Source of the DNA: a virus
Lineage: Duplodnaviria; Caudoviricetes
Virus record (IMG/VR): IMGVR_UViG_3300020042_001672
Span: 1-32,415 of that record
DNA: 32,415 nt
Direction: 5' to 3' (one strand)
Numbering within the stretch: position 1 is the stretch's first letter; each line of letters opens with the position of its first letter. Below the pieces are notes generated by a model. That model was given only the letters and a program-made list of their open reading frames with translations, was not told the origin of the DNA and searched no databases. Both the position numbers and the translations under genes were made by a program. Shown here piece by piece: positions 1 to 7,130 of this stretch.

Positions 1-209
1 TGAATACATCTAAAACGCATTTTAAGCACTCTTATACGCTTGAAAAAGTATATTTAGGGGATAGCTATAAGGTAATAAGTGCAAACGTCTACAAAGACGC
101 CAAAAAGGTTTTTAACATTGAGAACTCATGCAACCTAAAAAGTGATATATTTGTTAATGAAATAAATCAACTTTTAGAAAATGAAATGACAAACTTAACA
201 GGAGAATAA
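1..209 (+). CDS. Small hypothetical phage protein (5' edge truncated; the ATG appears to start one base before the window)
   Basis: Frame 3 is open from (A)TG AAT ACA TCT to TAA at 207-209; its end carries the AGGAG RBS of the next gene. Confidence 0.55.
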   Translation, partial: NTSKTHFKHSYTLEKVYLGDSYKVISANVYKDAKKVFNIENSCNLKSDIFVNEINQLLENEMTNLTGE

Positions 210-211
210 CC

Positions 212-388
212 ATGCACCAAATTATATATAACAATTATCTTATAAATAACAGTTATAGCTTTACAGGGAAAACAGAATACTATCACGTTTGGAAACTAGA
301 CGAAAATGGAGACCCTTATGACGTTTGGGGAGATAATTTTCGGTCTATTAAACAAGCTAAAAACTTTATAAACATGGAGAATACATAA
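212..388 (+). CDS. Small hypothetical protein, 58 aa (MHQIIYNNYL...NMENT)
   Basis: Translated by hand; AGGAG RBS upstream; TAATG stop/start overlap with the next ORF. Confidence 0.7.
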   Translation: MHQIIYNNYLINNSYSFTGKTEYYHVWKLDENGDPYDVWGDNFRSIKQAKNFINMENT

Positions 389-564
389 TGCAACCTGATT
401 TAGATTATATTACTGATGTTTTATACGCTATTGACATTAATTTAGAAGACGTCAATAGAGGCTTTACCCCTAGCGGATATTTAACCATAAATTCTTATTT
501 AGAAGACATGCGTTATAGACTATCCGAAATTACTACTGAAATATTAAATATGGAGATAAAATAA
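388..564 (+). CDS. Small hypothetical protein, 58 aa (MQPDLDYITD...NMEIK)
   Basis: Translated by hand; GGAG RBS; TAATG coupling at both ends. Confidence 0.7.
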   Translation: MQPDLDYITDVLYAIDINLEDVNRGFTPSGYLTINSYLEDMRYRLSEITTEILNMEIK

Positions 565-761
565 TGAGTGATTTTACTTATTCTTATGAACCTGATACAA
601 AAAAATTCAAGTTATTTATAAATCATAACCTTATCTACTCATTTGCAGATTGTGAGCCTATGACAGAAAATGAGGCTTATAACATGGCGGAAGACTTATA
701 TACTGAATGGCTAAACAATACCATGTCATTTAGACCTAATAATTTTATGAGTTACTTATAA
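564..761 (+). CDS. Hypothetical protein, 65 aa
   Basis: ORF track; GGAG RBS; TAATG coupling. Confidence 0.75.
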   Translation: MSDFTYSYEPDTKKFKLFINHNLIYSFADCEPMTENEAYNMAEDLYTEWLNNTMSFRPNNFMSYL

Positions 762-770
762 GGAGGCATT

Positions 771-995
771 ATGACTACAGATATTTTAGATTTAGACCAA
801 GTATGCACTATTACCCAAGAGGTTTACTTTGAGATTGTAAGCCATTTTGACATTGCTAAAAAATGTATTGAGCATGACCCAGATAATAAAGATGGCACTC
901 GCAATACTGAATATGGCGAGGAACTTTATAATCTTATTGAATATTCTATTAAAAACGCTATTGACTATCAAGGAGACCTAAAATGTATGTTATAG
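771..995 (+). CDS. Hypothetical protein, 74 aa
   Basis: ORF track; strong AGGAGG RBS. Confidence 0.75.
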   Translation: MTTDILDLDQVCTITQEVYFEIVSHFDIAKKCIEHDPDNKDGTRNTEYGEELYNLIEYSIKNAIDYQGDLKCML

Positions 996-1162
996 ACTTT
1001 AAAAATAGGACTATTGCTAACTTTACCAATAAAAGACTATCTAGCTTTTTAAATGATGTAGTTATTTATAATCACTCTACAATTAAAAACTATTATTTTC
1101 TTAACACTAAAAAAGAAGCTGAATCAATTATTCAAAAACAATTAAAACATAATAATAAATAA
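983..1162 (+). CDS. Small hypothetical protein, 59 aa (MYVIDFKNRT...KHNNK)
   Basis: Translated by hand; AGGAG RBS at 971; ends just before a terminator hairpin. Confidence 0.65.
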   Translation: MYVIDFKNRTIANFTNKRLSSFLNDVVIYNHSTIKNYYFLNTKKEAESIIQKQLKHNNK

Positions 1163-1190
1163 AAAAACCCTTATCAATAAAGGGTTAAAA
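1161..1190 (-). terminator. Intrinsic terminator (tR'-like), possibly bidirectional
   Basis: Minus strand reads AACCCTT-loop-AAGGGTT followed by a T run; lies between convergent units. Confidence 0.7.
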
Positions 1191-1228
1191 ACTACGGAGA
1201 TTGTGGGCGAGACTATCCCAACAGCGTG

Positions 1229-1257
1229 ATTATACCACAATTAAATACTTGTGTCAA
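1229..1257 (-). promoter_or_regulatory. Consensus sigma70 promoter directly after the Q-like gene (pR'-like late promoter)
   Basis: TTGACA (1257-1252), 17 bp spacer, TATAAT (1234-1229) with extended TGn; the -35 overlaps the stop codon of the Q-like gene. Confidence 0.85.
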
Positions 1258-1580
1258 GCGACTATACGCCTTGAAGCTATAGTCAGTAGGTTATCCATAG
1301 CCATCATTAACTCATGCTCATAATTGAGAGATTTGCGAGTTTTTAAATACCTAGTATAGACGGCTTCCTTTTGTTTGGAGGGTAGGCTATCTATAATAGC
1401 ATCTATTGTCCTAACATTAGTCATGTCCATTTGCCCTACCATATCCTCAAAGGCATCGCTTGTAGACTCACCGCCTGAAATCATACCTAAAGACTTGCTT
1501 GGATAGCCTAAACGTGTGCTTGGTGCTCTATGCCACAATGCCCAATCATCTAAAATCTGTTTAAGCCTATCTATGTGCAT
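1254..1580 (-). CDS. Antitermination protein Q-like late regulator (probable start MHIDRL at 1580 rather than 1715)
   Basis: L-DDWALW N-terminus, GYPSKS motif and C-terminal sigma4-like 'IDAIIDSLPSKQKEAVYTRY'; last gene of the early right operon; GAGGA RBS. Confidence 0.65.
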   Translation of the reverse strand: MHIDRLKQILDDWALWHRAPSTRLGYPSKSLGMISGGESTSDAFEDMVGQMDMTNVRTIDAIIDSLPSKQKEAVYTRYLKTRKSLNYEHELMMAMDNLLTIASRRIVA

Positions 1581-1914
1581 TAGCTTCCTCTTCTGTGTGG
1601 ATATAAATGCTTTTAATCCTGTCGCTAAAGTCTGGCATAGGGTGTAATATTGATTGCAATAAGTTAGTTTGTGGTTTAAAATATTTGTATATTTTATGTT
1701 GTCCTTGTTGCTCACGTTTAGTAGAATTTAACATGCCTAAGTTTTTCATGTTCAATACAATATACTGAACCTTTCTGTGTTCCATACCCATTTCTTTAGA
1801 TAACTCTGCAATGGTTAATGATTTATCGTTTAAAATATCTAAAATTAAACTACGCATTTTTTCTACATTAACTAAACGACCTTTAACATTATAATTTCTA
1901 CCTTTAGCTTCCAT
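1567..1914 (-). CDS. Winged helix-turn-helix DNA-binding protein
   Basis: ILDILNDKSLTIAELSKEMGMEHRKVQYIVLNMKNLGML wHTH pattern. Confidence 0.65.
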   Translation of the reverse strand: MEAKGRNYNVKGRLVNVEKMRSLILDILNDKSLTIAELSKEMGMEHRKVQYIVLNMKNLGMLNSTKREQQGQHKIYKYFKPQTNLLQSILHPMPDFSDRIKSIYIHTEEEANAHR

Positions 1915-1922
1915 ATTTTTCC

Positions 1923-2240
1923 TTATGATACATCTCTGACCTTACACTCCCAACGATTGCTTTTATTCTTGAACCACCCATGAACTAACACTGTAATGCC
2001 AGCTTTGCGAACAGCACCGATAGCTTCTGAATCAGCTATCTTTTTACAACGTGCCAATGCGTTTGTTGCAGTTGTAGTCTGAACAAATACTATTTCTTTA
2101 TCACGAAGAGCAATGATATCGCAAAAATTAAAGAGGTCTCTGCGTTGACGGCTAAATGGATTCCAGTGTTCTGTAATGTCAACCGTATATCCTTGTTCTC
2201 TTAAAAGTTTAAGGCTTAATTGCGTTGGGCTAGTTGCCAT
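1923..2240 (-). CDS. PD-(D/E)XK nuclease, Holliday-junction-resolvase-like (probable start MATSPT)
   Basis: 'LREQGYTV...DLFNFCDIIAL...IVFVQ' matches the Hjc-like fold; located in the nin region. Confidence 0.6.
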   Translation of the reverse strand: MATSPTQLSLKLLREQGYTVDITEHWNPFSRQRRDLFNFCDIIALRDKEIVFVQTTTATNALARCKKIADSEAIGAVRKAGITVLVHGWFKNKSNRWECKVRDVS

Positions 2241-2409
2241 CAAATTGACTTTCGTTAGGTTTAGATATGCCATCTAGAAAACGCTTTTCTACTTCACCAC
2301 TAGACTTGTTTAATTCGTATTCGTAATCTTTTTTAAATATTTTATTCCAATTGTCTTCTGCTTGTTGCTCAGAAATTAACAATGGTCTTCTTGTAGAACC
2401 TTTACCCAA
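2230..2409 (-). CDS. Small phage protein, 59 aa, TTG start (MGKGSTRRP...DNWNKIFKK)
   Basis: Translated by hand; fills the gap and overlaps both neighbours; the GKGS.RRP...NW..IF pattern is common in small phage proteins. Confidence 0.6.
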   Translation of the reverse strand: MGKGSTRRPLLISEQQAEDNWNKIFKKDYEYELNKSSGEVEKRFLDGISKPNESQFDGN

Positions 2410-2695
2410 TTTTAATTAACCCCTTATCAAATAACCAACCTATAGTTTTACGATGAGCTTGTTCCCATGCTTCTACTTTATCTGCCCTACTTAACTCTTT
2501 GTGATTGTCTATCATATCATGGCAGGCATAGCAAAGACTAGCGATACGATAATCATGTGCCTTAATTCCTGTGCCTTTGCCATCTCTTTGTTGATTAGAG
2601 TGAGAAGCACATACTGTTCCGTCTTCTCTACCACACATAGCACAAGGAAACTCACGAACTAATTCAAGTAGTTTTTTGTTTCTGTAATTACTCAA
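2402..2695 (-). CDS. DUF1364/YbcO-like zinc-binding HNH-like nuclease
   Basis: CxxC...H...GKGTGIKAHD...LCxxCH motif; follows ninB. Confidence 0.75.
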   Translation of the reverse strand: MSNYRNKKLLELVREFPCAMCGREDGTVCASHSNQQRDGKGTGIKAHDYRIASLCYACHDMIDNHKELSRADKVEAWEQAHRKTIGWLFDKGLIKIG

Positions 2696-3041
2696 AACTC
2701 CAACCTAACTGACTAGCCCAACGTTCAATGTTTTCTTGATATTCCGCCATCTGTTTACTATCTAACTTTGTTGTTGACTTAATAAGCTCTACAGGATTAC
2801 CACATATTTCACGTTGTTCTCTTAAAAACTTATACCCCATAAGCTCATGTATTGTAGTAGGGTCTTCACCAAGATGATTAGCTACTGAACCATACAATGC
2901 CCATAGCCTTTCGTTCTGCTCTAAAGACCTAACTGTTTTCTCTTCCACAATGTTTACCCTCCATCGTTTAGTAAAATCAAGTGCTTTTATTTTCTCTAAT
3001 AAATTGTTTAGGTTCTGTTGATTTAGACTCCACTTTATCAT
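2688..3041 (-). CDS. ninB: NinB/Orf-family recombination protein
   Basis: 'RSLEQNERLWA' and 'STTKLDSKQMAEYQENIERWA' are NinB signatures. Confidence 0.8.
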   Translation of the reverse strand: MIKWSLNQQNLNNLLEKIKALDFTKRWRVNIVEEKTVRSLEQNERLWALYGSVANHLGEDPTTIHELMGYKFLREQREICGNPVELIKSTTKLDSKQMAEYQENIERWASQLGWSFE

Positions 3042-3156
3042 AACTGTCCTTCCATTTACTTTTAAATACTACACCGTCTTTAGAAGTTGCCTTGTAAGCA
3101 ATGTCATCACCAAATAATTCTTTACATTTAAGTATAAAATTATTTATTGTCCCCAT
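2977..3156 (-). CDS. Small hypothetical protein, 59 aa (MGTINNFILKCKELFG...)
   Basis: Translated by hand; overlaps neighbours in an operon-like manner. Confidence 0.5.
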   Translation of the reverse strand: MGTINNFILKCKELFGDDIAYKATSKDGVVFKSKWKDSYDKVESKSTEPKQFIRENKST

Positions 3157-3308
3157 GTTGCTTTTCTACCTTCTATCTTGTAAATACTCATACATCTATT
3201 TAAAACTTTAGCATCACGATTATATCTTTCGCCAGTTTGGTTTGAATCTGCACATCGTTTAGCATGTAACTTAATACGCCATTGTTTTCTAACTTGATAT
3301 GGTGTCAT
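3144..3308 (-). CDS. Small basic hypothetical protein, 54 aa (MTPYQVRKQWRIKLH...)
   Basis: Translated by hand; AAGGAG RBS. Confidence 0.55.
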   Translation of the reverse strand: MTPYQVRKQWRIKLHAKRCADSNQTGERYNRDAKVLNRCMSIYKIEGRKATWGQ

Positions 3309-3429
3309 TTTTTTTCTCCTTATAAGTGTAAATGATTAATGATCTAAGACCTTTTATTTCCATGTTTAACAAGTCAACAATGGCTAAAAGTTTATCTAGT
3401 TTTTGTGCGTCTGTTAATTTATCTTGCAT
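3289..3429 (-). CDS. Small hypothetical protein (MQDKLTDAQKLDKLLAIVD...); 3' end approximate
   Basis: Translated by hand; GGAG RBS inside the helicase 3' end; the stop position depends on a poly-A run. Confidence 0.45.
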   Translation of the reverse strand: MQDKLTDAQKLDKLLAIVDLLNMEIKGLRSLIIYTYKEKKNDTISS

Positions 3430-4342
3430 TAGGACTCTCCTTGTAACTTAAACTTTTTTTATCAAACCAAAAAGACCACTTACCCTCTACAGGATAATTA
3501 CGTTGCTTTTGTAAATAAACAACACAATCTGGCAACCCCTTTAACTCTTCTTCTGTTTTATCACCATGTTCAATATCATACTCTTTCTTCTTGTTGCGGA
3601 ACACACATAAGATGTTATCACAAAGGTTACGAATATGCGAACTGCCTAAAATATGAGTAGCATCTGGAACTACGGTTTCATCTGACATCTTACGAGTGTG
3701 TGCAACCAAGAATACATGCACGTTTAAATCACGACAAGTTGTAGCAAGTCTGTCTATAAAAAGTTTTTGTCTATCGTAATTGTCTTCAGATATATCTGAC
3801 ATTTTCATAAGAGAATCAATTACAAACACTTCTACACCTAAAACATGCTTACCCCAATACAATGTAGCAATCATATCTTCTGATGTAGTAGAGCCTGTTT
3901 GGTCATAAAGATATAATTTATCTTTAGCAGTATCACAAAACTTTATTACATATTCATCTGTAGGTTCTGATGACTTTAATGTTTGTTGCACCATACGAGC
4001 AAGAGTTAATACAGGTCTCATCTCTAAAGAAGCAATTAAACATTTAGTATCTTGTTTCATTAAAGATAAAATAATTTGAGACAAGAACATACTTTTACCA
4101 TGCCCTGACACTCCTGTCAACACAGTTAATTCAGCAGGTCTTATTTTGAAGTCATCTTCCGTTTTAAGGAAGCCCAAAGATTTGCCAGAGTGTATTTCAG
4201 AATTAAAATATCGAACGACATCTTCAGTAAAAACATCCGTACTCTTAACGAGAAATTCTGCATTTGCATTTTCACCTTTATAATACTCATTTATGATTTC
4301 CTTATTAACGGTTAATTTTTCTAATGCTTCACCTATATTCAT
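3419..4342 (-). CDS. DnaB-like (SF4) replicative helicase
   Basis: Walker A GVSGHGKS, SLEM, Walker B VFVIDSL, LVAHTRK, GSS, KQRN motifs. Confidence 0.9.
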   Translation of the reverse strand: MNIGEALEKLTVNKEIINEYYKGENANAEFLVKSTDVFTEDVVRYFNSEIHSGKSLGFLKTEDDFKIRPAELTVLTGVSGHGKSMFLSQIILSLMKQDTKCLIASLEMRPVLTLARMVQQTLKSSEPTDEYVIKFCDTAKDKLYLYDQTGSTTSEDMIATLYWGKHVLGVEVFVIDSLMKMSDISEDNYDRQKLFIDRLATTCRDLNVHVFLVAHTRKMSDETVVPDATHILGSSHIRNLCDNILCVFRNKKKEYDIEHGDKTEEELKGLPDCVVYLQKQRNYPVEGKWSFWFDKKSLSYKESPNAR

Positions 4343-4935
4343 TTAGCACCATCCCATGGATTTCTAACTTTCTGTAATTCATCTTCCCATCTTTCTTGAT
4401 TAATGTAAGTTAGTGGTGAAGGGTTAAATCCTTCTTTCCATGATTTAGTTTTACTCATTTCTTTTACATGGTAAATAATCTTATCTGCAATCTTATCTAA
4501 GCCATTTCTTTTCCATTTCGTCTCACATGGCTTACGACCTACTTTTCTATTACTTGGATACTCTTTCCAAAAGTCATTAAATCTACTGACATGTATATCT
4601 GTCTCTCTCTCTGTCTCTGTCTCTGTAACCCCACTTTGCTTGCATGGTGCTAGCATGATGCTATCATTCTCAATAAGCCATTGATTTAATACAGATAAAT
4701 GTTTATTCAATTCACCTTCTGTCATTTGCAAGCGAAATGCTAGCGTTCTGTTATCTGGTAAATTTCCATCAACATCTTCTGATGCAATCAGCCAAATATT
4801 TATTAAAGCCCAAGCACTTTTACTATCTTTTAATGCAAACCAATCTGGATTCTTTAATAAGTCATTATGCACCTTAATCCAAGGAGGACATCTATTATTA
4901 TAGTGCTGGAATTTCTTCCAGTTTCTCGGCATCAT
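4339..4935 (-). CDS. Phage replication initiator protein (lambda O-like position)
   Basis: N-terminal 'WKKFQHY...PWIKVH', central TETETE linker, C-terminal 'FNDFWKEYP..RKVG...PLTYINQERWEDE'; lies between cro and the helicase. Confidence 0.8.
   Translation of the reverse strand: MMPRNWKKFQHYNNRCPPWIKVHNDLLKNPDWFALKDSKSAWALINIWLIASEDVDGNLPDNRTLAFRLQMTEGELNKHLSVLNQWLIENDSIMLAPCKQSGVTETETERETDIHVSRFNDFWKEYPSNRKVGRKPCETKWKRNGLDKIADKIIYHVKEMSKTKSWKEGFNPSPLTYINQERWEDELQKVRNPWDGAK
4637..4748. repeat. Iteron-like 11-bp periodic repeats (candidate replication origin)
   Basis: TGCTTGCATGG/TGCTAGCATGA/TGCTATCATTC at 4637-4669 and TGCAAGCGAAA/TGCTAGCGTTC at 4727-4748, with an AT-rich spacer, inside the initiator gene. 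Confidence 0.5.
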
Positions 4936-4943
4936 ATTGTCTC

Positions 4944-5132
4944 CTATTCTGGAATAGTTTCTGATTGTCTACGTTTAACTAAAAGCTCTTCAATTTGTTC
5001 TGCTCTTTTATTTGGGATTGGCTTTTCAGGATTCTTTGCCCAATTCTGAACTGCTTGAATGGAAAGGTCTAAGGCATATGCCATCTTACGTCTTGAGTTA
5101 TTAAAGTGTGCTACAGCTTCTTGAAAGGTCAT
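4944..5132 (-). CDS. cro: Cro-like HTH transcriptional regulator
   Basis: 'AVAHFNNSRRKMAYALDLSIQAVQNW...IP..RA.QIE' is typical of Cro/YdaS; first gene after the leftward promoter; AAGGAG RBS. Confidence 0.8.
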   Translation of the reverse strand: MTFQEAVAHFNNSRRKMAYALDLSIQAVQNWAKNPEKPIPNKRAEQIEELLVKRRQSETIPE

Positions 5133-5161
5133 GTTGCTCTCCTTGATTGAAATGAATGGCG

Positions 5162-5190
5162 ACTATAACACCTTATTAAAATCTTGTCAA
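5162..5190 (-). promoter_or_regulatory. Sigma70 promoter for the cro-replication operon (PR-like)
   Basis: TTGACA (5190-5185), 17 bp, TATAGT (5167-5162). Confidence 0.85.
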
Positions 5191-5232
5191 GGATTATAAA
5201 AGTCGGATAAATACCCCCTACTAAAATACTTA

Positions 5233-5261
5233 TTGACAATTTATTAAAGTAGGAGTATAGT
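5233..5261 (+). promoter_or_regulatory. Sigma70 promoter for the recombination operon (PL-like)
   Basis: TTGACA (5233-5238), 17 bp, TATAGT (5256-5261). Confidence 0.85.
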
Positions 5262-5285
5262 GTGTTTTCAAGTTTAGGAGTAAAT

Positions 5286-5417
5286 ATGAATATAGATAAA
5301 TTTATGAGAATCATTACTAATGACAGACTACAAAAAAAGTTTACACAAAAGTTCTATTATGTGGTATGGTTCTTTTTAGTAATATTTTGGGGATATTTTA
5401 TATGTCGCTTACTCTAG
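5286..5417 (+). CDS. Small membrane protein, 43 aa (MNIDKFMRII...FYYVVWFFLVIFWGYFICRLL)
   Basis: Translated by hand; AGGAG RBS at 5276; one aromatic-rich TM segment. Confidence 0.65.
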   Translation: MNIDKFMRIITNDRLQKKFTQKFYYVVWFFLVIFWGYFICRLL

Positions 5418-5599
5418 AAGACGTAGTAAAAGAATTACGCAGATGCACAGCAGAACTTAAAGAGTCTAACGACAAATGGGAGAAAGCAAATGAGCCACAG
5501 ACAACATTACGACCAAGTGATGATGGAGCAACACCAAAAGGAAGTATTAGAGACGTTAAATTATGTAACAGGAGAGAAGACGATGAGCATACACAGTAA
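5402..5599 (+). CDS. Hypothetical protein (probable start MSLTLEDVV)
   Basis: Part of ORF 5366..5599; GGGGA RBS; coiled-coil-like N-terminus; 3' half overlaps the next ORF. Confidence 0.45.
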   Translation: MSLTLEDVVKELRRCTAELKESNDKWEKANEPQTTLRPSDDGATPKGSIRDVKLCNRREDDEHTQ

Positions 5600-6002
5600 G
5601 TTAATGCAAGCAAGATTAAAGTTACAAGTAGCAGACCTTAAAAAGTCTGGTCATAATAAGTTTGCGGGATACAAGTATTTTGAGTTAGGTGATTTCTTAC
5701 CTACTATTCAAGAGATTTGTAATGAGGTAGGTATCTGTGGCACAGTCACATTTTATACAGACATTGCAGTTTTAACTGTTACAGACGTAAATGATGCTAC
5801 ACAATTCATTGAGTTTAAATGCCCTATGTCTTCAGCAGCTTTAAAAGGTTGCCATGAGGTTCAGAACTTAGGTGCAGTTCAAACTTACTTGCGTAGATAT
5901 TTATGGACTAATGCTTTTGAGATTGTAGAGCATGACGCTATTGATGCTAGTGCAGGTGCAGTTATCAAGATGAAAGATACTAAAGCGGAGGACTTTATCT
6001 AA
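5583..6002 (+). CDS. erf: ERF-family single-strand annealing recombinase (alternative in-frame start at 5490)
   Basis: 'KKSGHNKFAGYKYFELGDFLP' and 'QNLGAVQTYLRRY' ERF motifs; GGAG RBS. Confidence 0.85.
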   Translation: MSIHSKLMQARLKLQVADLKKSGHNKFAGYKYFELGDFLPTIQEICNEVGICGTVTFYTDIAVLTVTDVNDATQFIEFKCPMSSAALKGCHEVQNLGAVQTYLRRYLWTNAFEIVEHDAIDASAGAVIKMKDTKAEDFI

Positions 6003-6604
6003 TGGAACAACGTTCAGAAGAGTGGTTTCAAGCGAGGCTAGGTTTGGTTACAGCTAGTCGTGTAGCTGATGTATTAGCAAAGATTAAGAGTGGTGAATCT
6101 GCATCTAGACGTAACTACAAAATTCAGTTAGTAAGCGAAAGATTGACTGGAGAAAGGCAAGAGTCCTATATTAACCAAGCAATGCAAGACGGTATAGATA
6201 GAGAGCAGTTTGCTAGAGATAGATATGTGCAAGAACATGGGGGAGTGGAAGAGGTGGGATTCGTTAAGCATCCCACTTTGGAAGCTGGTGCTAGTCCTGA
6301 TGGTATGGTAGGTGATGATGGTATTCTTGAGATTAAATGTCCTATGGGAAGTACGCATACTGAGACATTGATGACACAAGATATTCCAAGTAAATACGTT
6401 CCTCAGGTACAGTTTCAACTTTTGGTAACAGGTCGTAAGTGGTGTGACTTTGTAAGCTATCACCCAATGTTTCCAAAGCATTTACAGATATTTGTAAAGC
6501 GTATAGAAGCAGACCCAGCATATCAACAAGAATTAGAGGCAGAAGTAAAGCAGTTTTTAAAAGAAGTGGATGATGTAATTAATAAACTGAAGGAGATTAA
6601 GTAA
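6002..6604 (+). CDS. YqaJ/lambda-exonuclease-family protein
   Basis: 'QRSEEWFQARLGLVTAS', 'GASPDG', 'LEIKCP', 'YVPQVQFQL' motifs. Confidence 0.92.
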   Translation: MEQRSEEWFQARLGLVTASRVADVLAKIKSGESASRRNYKIQLVSERLTGERQESYINQAMQDGIDREQFARDRYVQEHGGVEEVGFVKHPTLEAGASPDGMVGDDGILEIKCPMGSTHTETLMTQDIPSKYVPQVQFQLLVTGRKWCDFVSYHPMFPKHLQIFVKRIEADPAYQQELEAEVKQFLKEVDDVINKLKEIK

Positions 6605-6804
6605 TGTTTAATGACTTAGAAAGACAGATGTTAGTAAATGCGTCTAGTGGGTTACACGCAGAAACATTTGATTTGCTAAATATTGAAGAGCAAGAGAAGC
6701 AGATGGCAAAGTTAGATAAAGTTATTGGTACTTTGATTAAAAAGAATCCTAATAATTTTACAGGTGAAACAGTAGCAAACTTTTATAAAACACAAAGGAA
6801 ATAA
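6604..6804 (+). CDS. Hypothetical protein, 66 aa
   Basis: ORF track; AAGGAG RBS; TAATG coupling. Confidence 0.7.
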   Translation: MFNDLERQMLVNASSGLHAETFDLLNIEEQEKQMAKLDKVIGTLIKKNPNNFTGETVANFYKTQRK

Positions 6805-6805
6805 A

Positions 6806-7036
6806 ATGGCAGAATATGACAACACAAACACGTTTACTTTATTTAAGAATGATAAAGGCGATAACCCGAAACGACCAGACTATACAGGCAATGCTAACGT
6901 AGATGGTATTGAGTTTAGAATTAGTGGTTGGATAAGAGAGAGTGCTAAGGGGAAGTTTATTAGTGGCTCTGTACAAATGAAAGAAGGTGACTTTAAACCT
7001 AAACAAGAAGCAATAGATGAGGATGTTCCTTTTTAG
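6806..7036 (+). CDS. Small SSB-like protein (DUF736-like) with acidic C-terminal DEDVPF tail
   Basis: 'LFKN...RPDYTG...ISGW' pattern; SSB-type C-terminus; follows the recombinase and exonuclease. Confidence 0.7.
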   Translation: MAEYDNTNTFTLFKNDKGDNPKRPDYTGNANVDGIEFRISGWIRESAKGKFISGSVQMKEGDFKPKQEAIDEDVPF

Positions 7037-7044
7037 GAGCATCC
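7021..7044. terminator. Hairpin between the convergent ssb-like and pqqA genes
   Basis: GGATGTTCCT-TTTT-AGGAGCATCC 10-bp stem (one G-U pair); no strong U tail. Confidence 0.5.
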
Positions 7045-7058
7045 CCATAGTGCAATAA

Positions 7059-7130
7059 CTATTTGTTCATAACGTACATTGTAACTTCAAAGCCGAAACG
7101 CATTTCAGTAGCTGATGGTTTTGTCCACAT
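7059..7130 (-). CDS. pqqA: Pyrroloquinoline quinone precursor peptide PqqA, 23 aa (MWTKPSATEMRFGFEVTMYVMNK)
   Basis: Translated by hand; canonical MW.KP...RFGFE-x-x-x-Y PqqA motif; AAGGA RBS 7 nt upstream; too short for the ORF track. Confidence 0.95.
   Translation of the reverse strand: MWTKPSATEMRFGFEVTMYVMNK

Noticed and set aside
1581-1715. N-terminal extension of the Q-like ORF
   Set aside because: Overlaps the wHTH gene entirely; a better RBS and start exist at 1580.
4598-4626. (CTGTCT)n microsatellite-like run
   Set aside because: Encodes the TETETERET linker common in phage initiators; not a CRISPR or an independent repeat element.
5129-5314. 61-aa minus-strand ORF at the position where cI might be expected
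   Set aside because: No HTH or peptidase motif; it spans both promoters; same strand as cro; likely spurious.
6839-7048. 69-aa minus-strand ORF just downstream of pqqA (possible further pqq gene)
   Set aside because: Antisense shadow of the SSB-like gene; no similarity to PqqB-E; crosses the hairpin.
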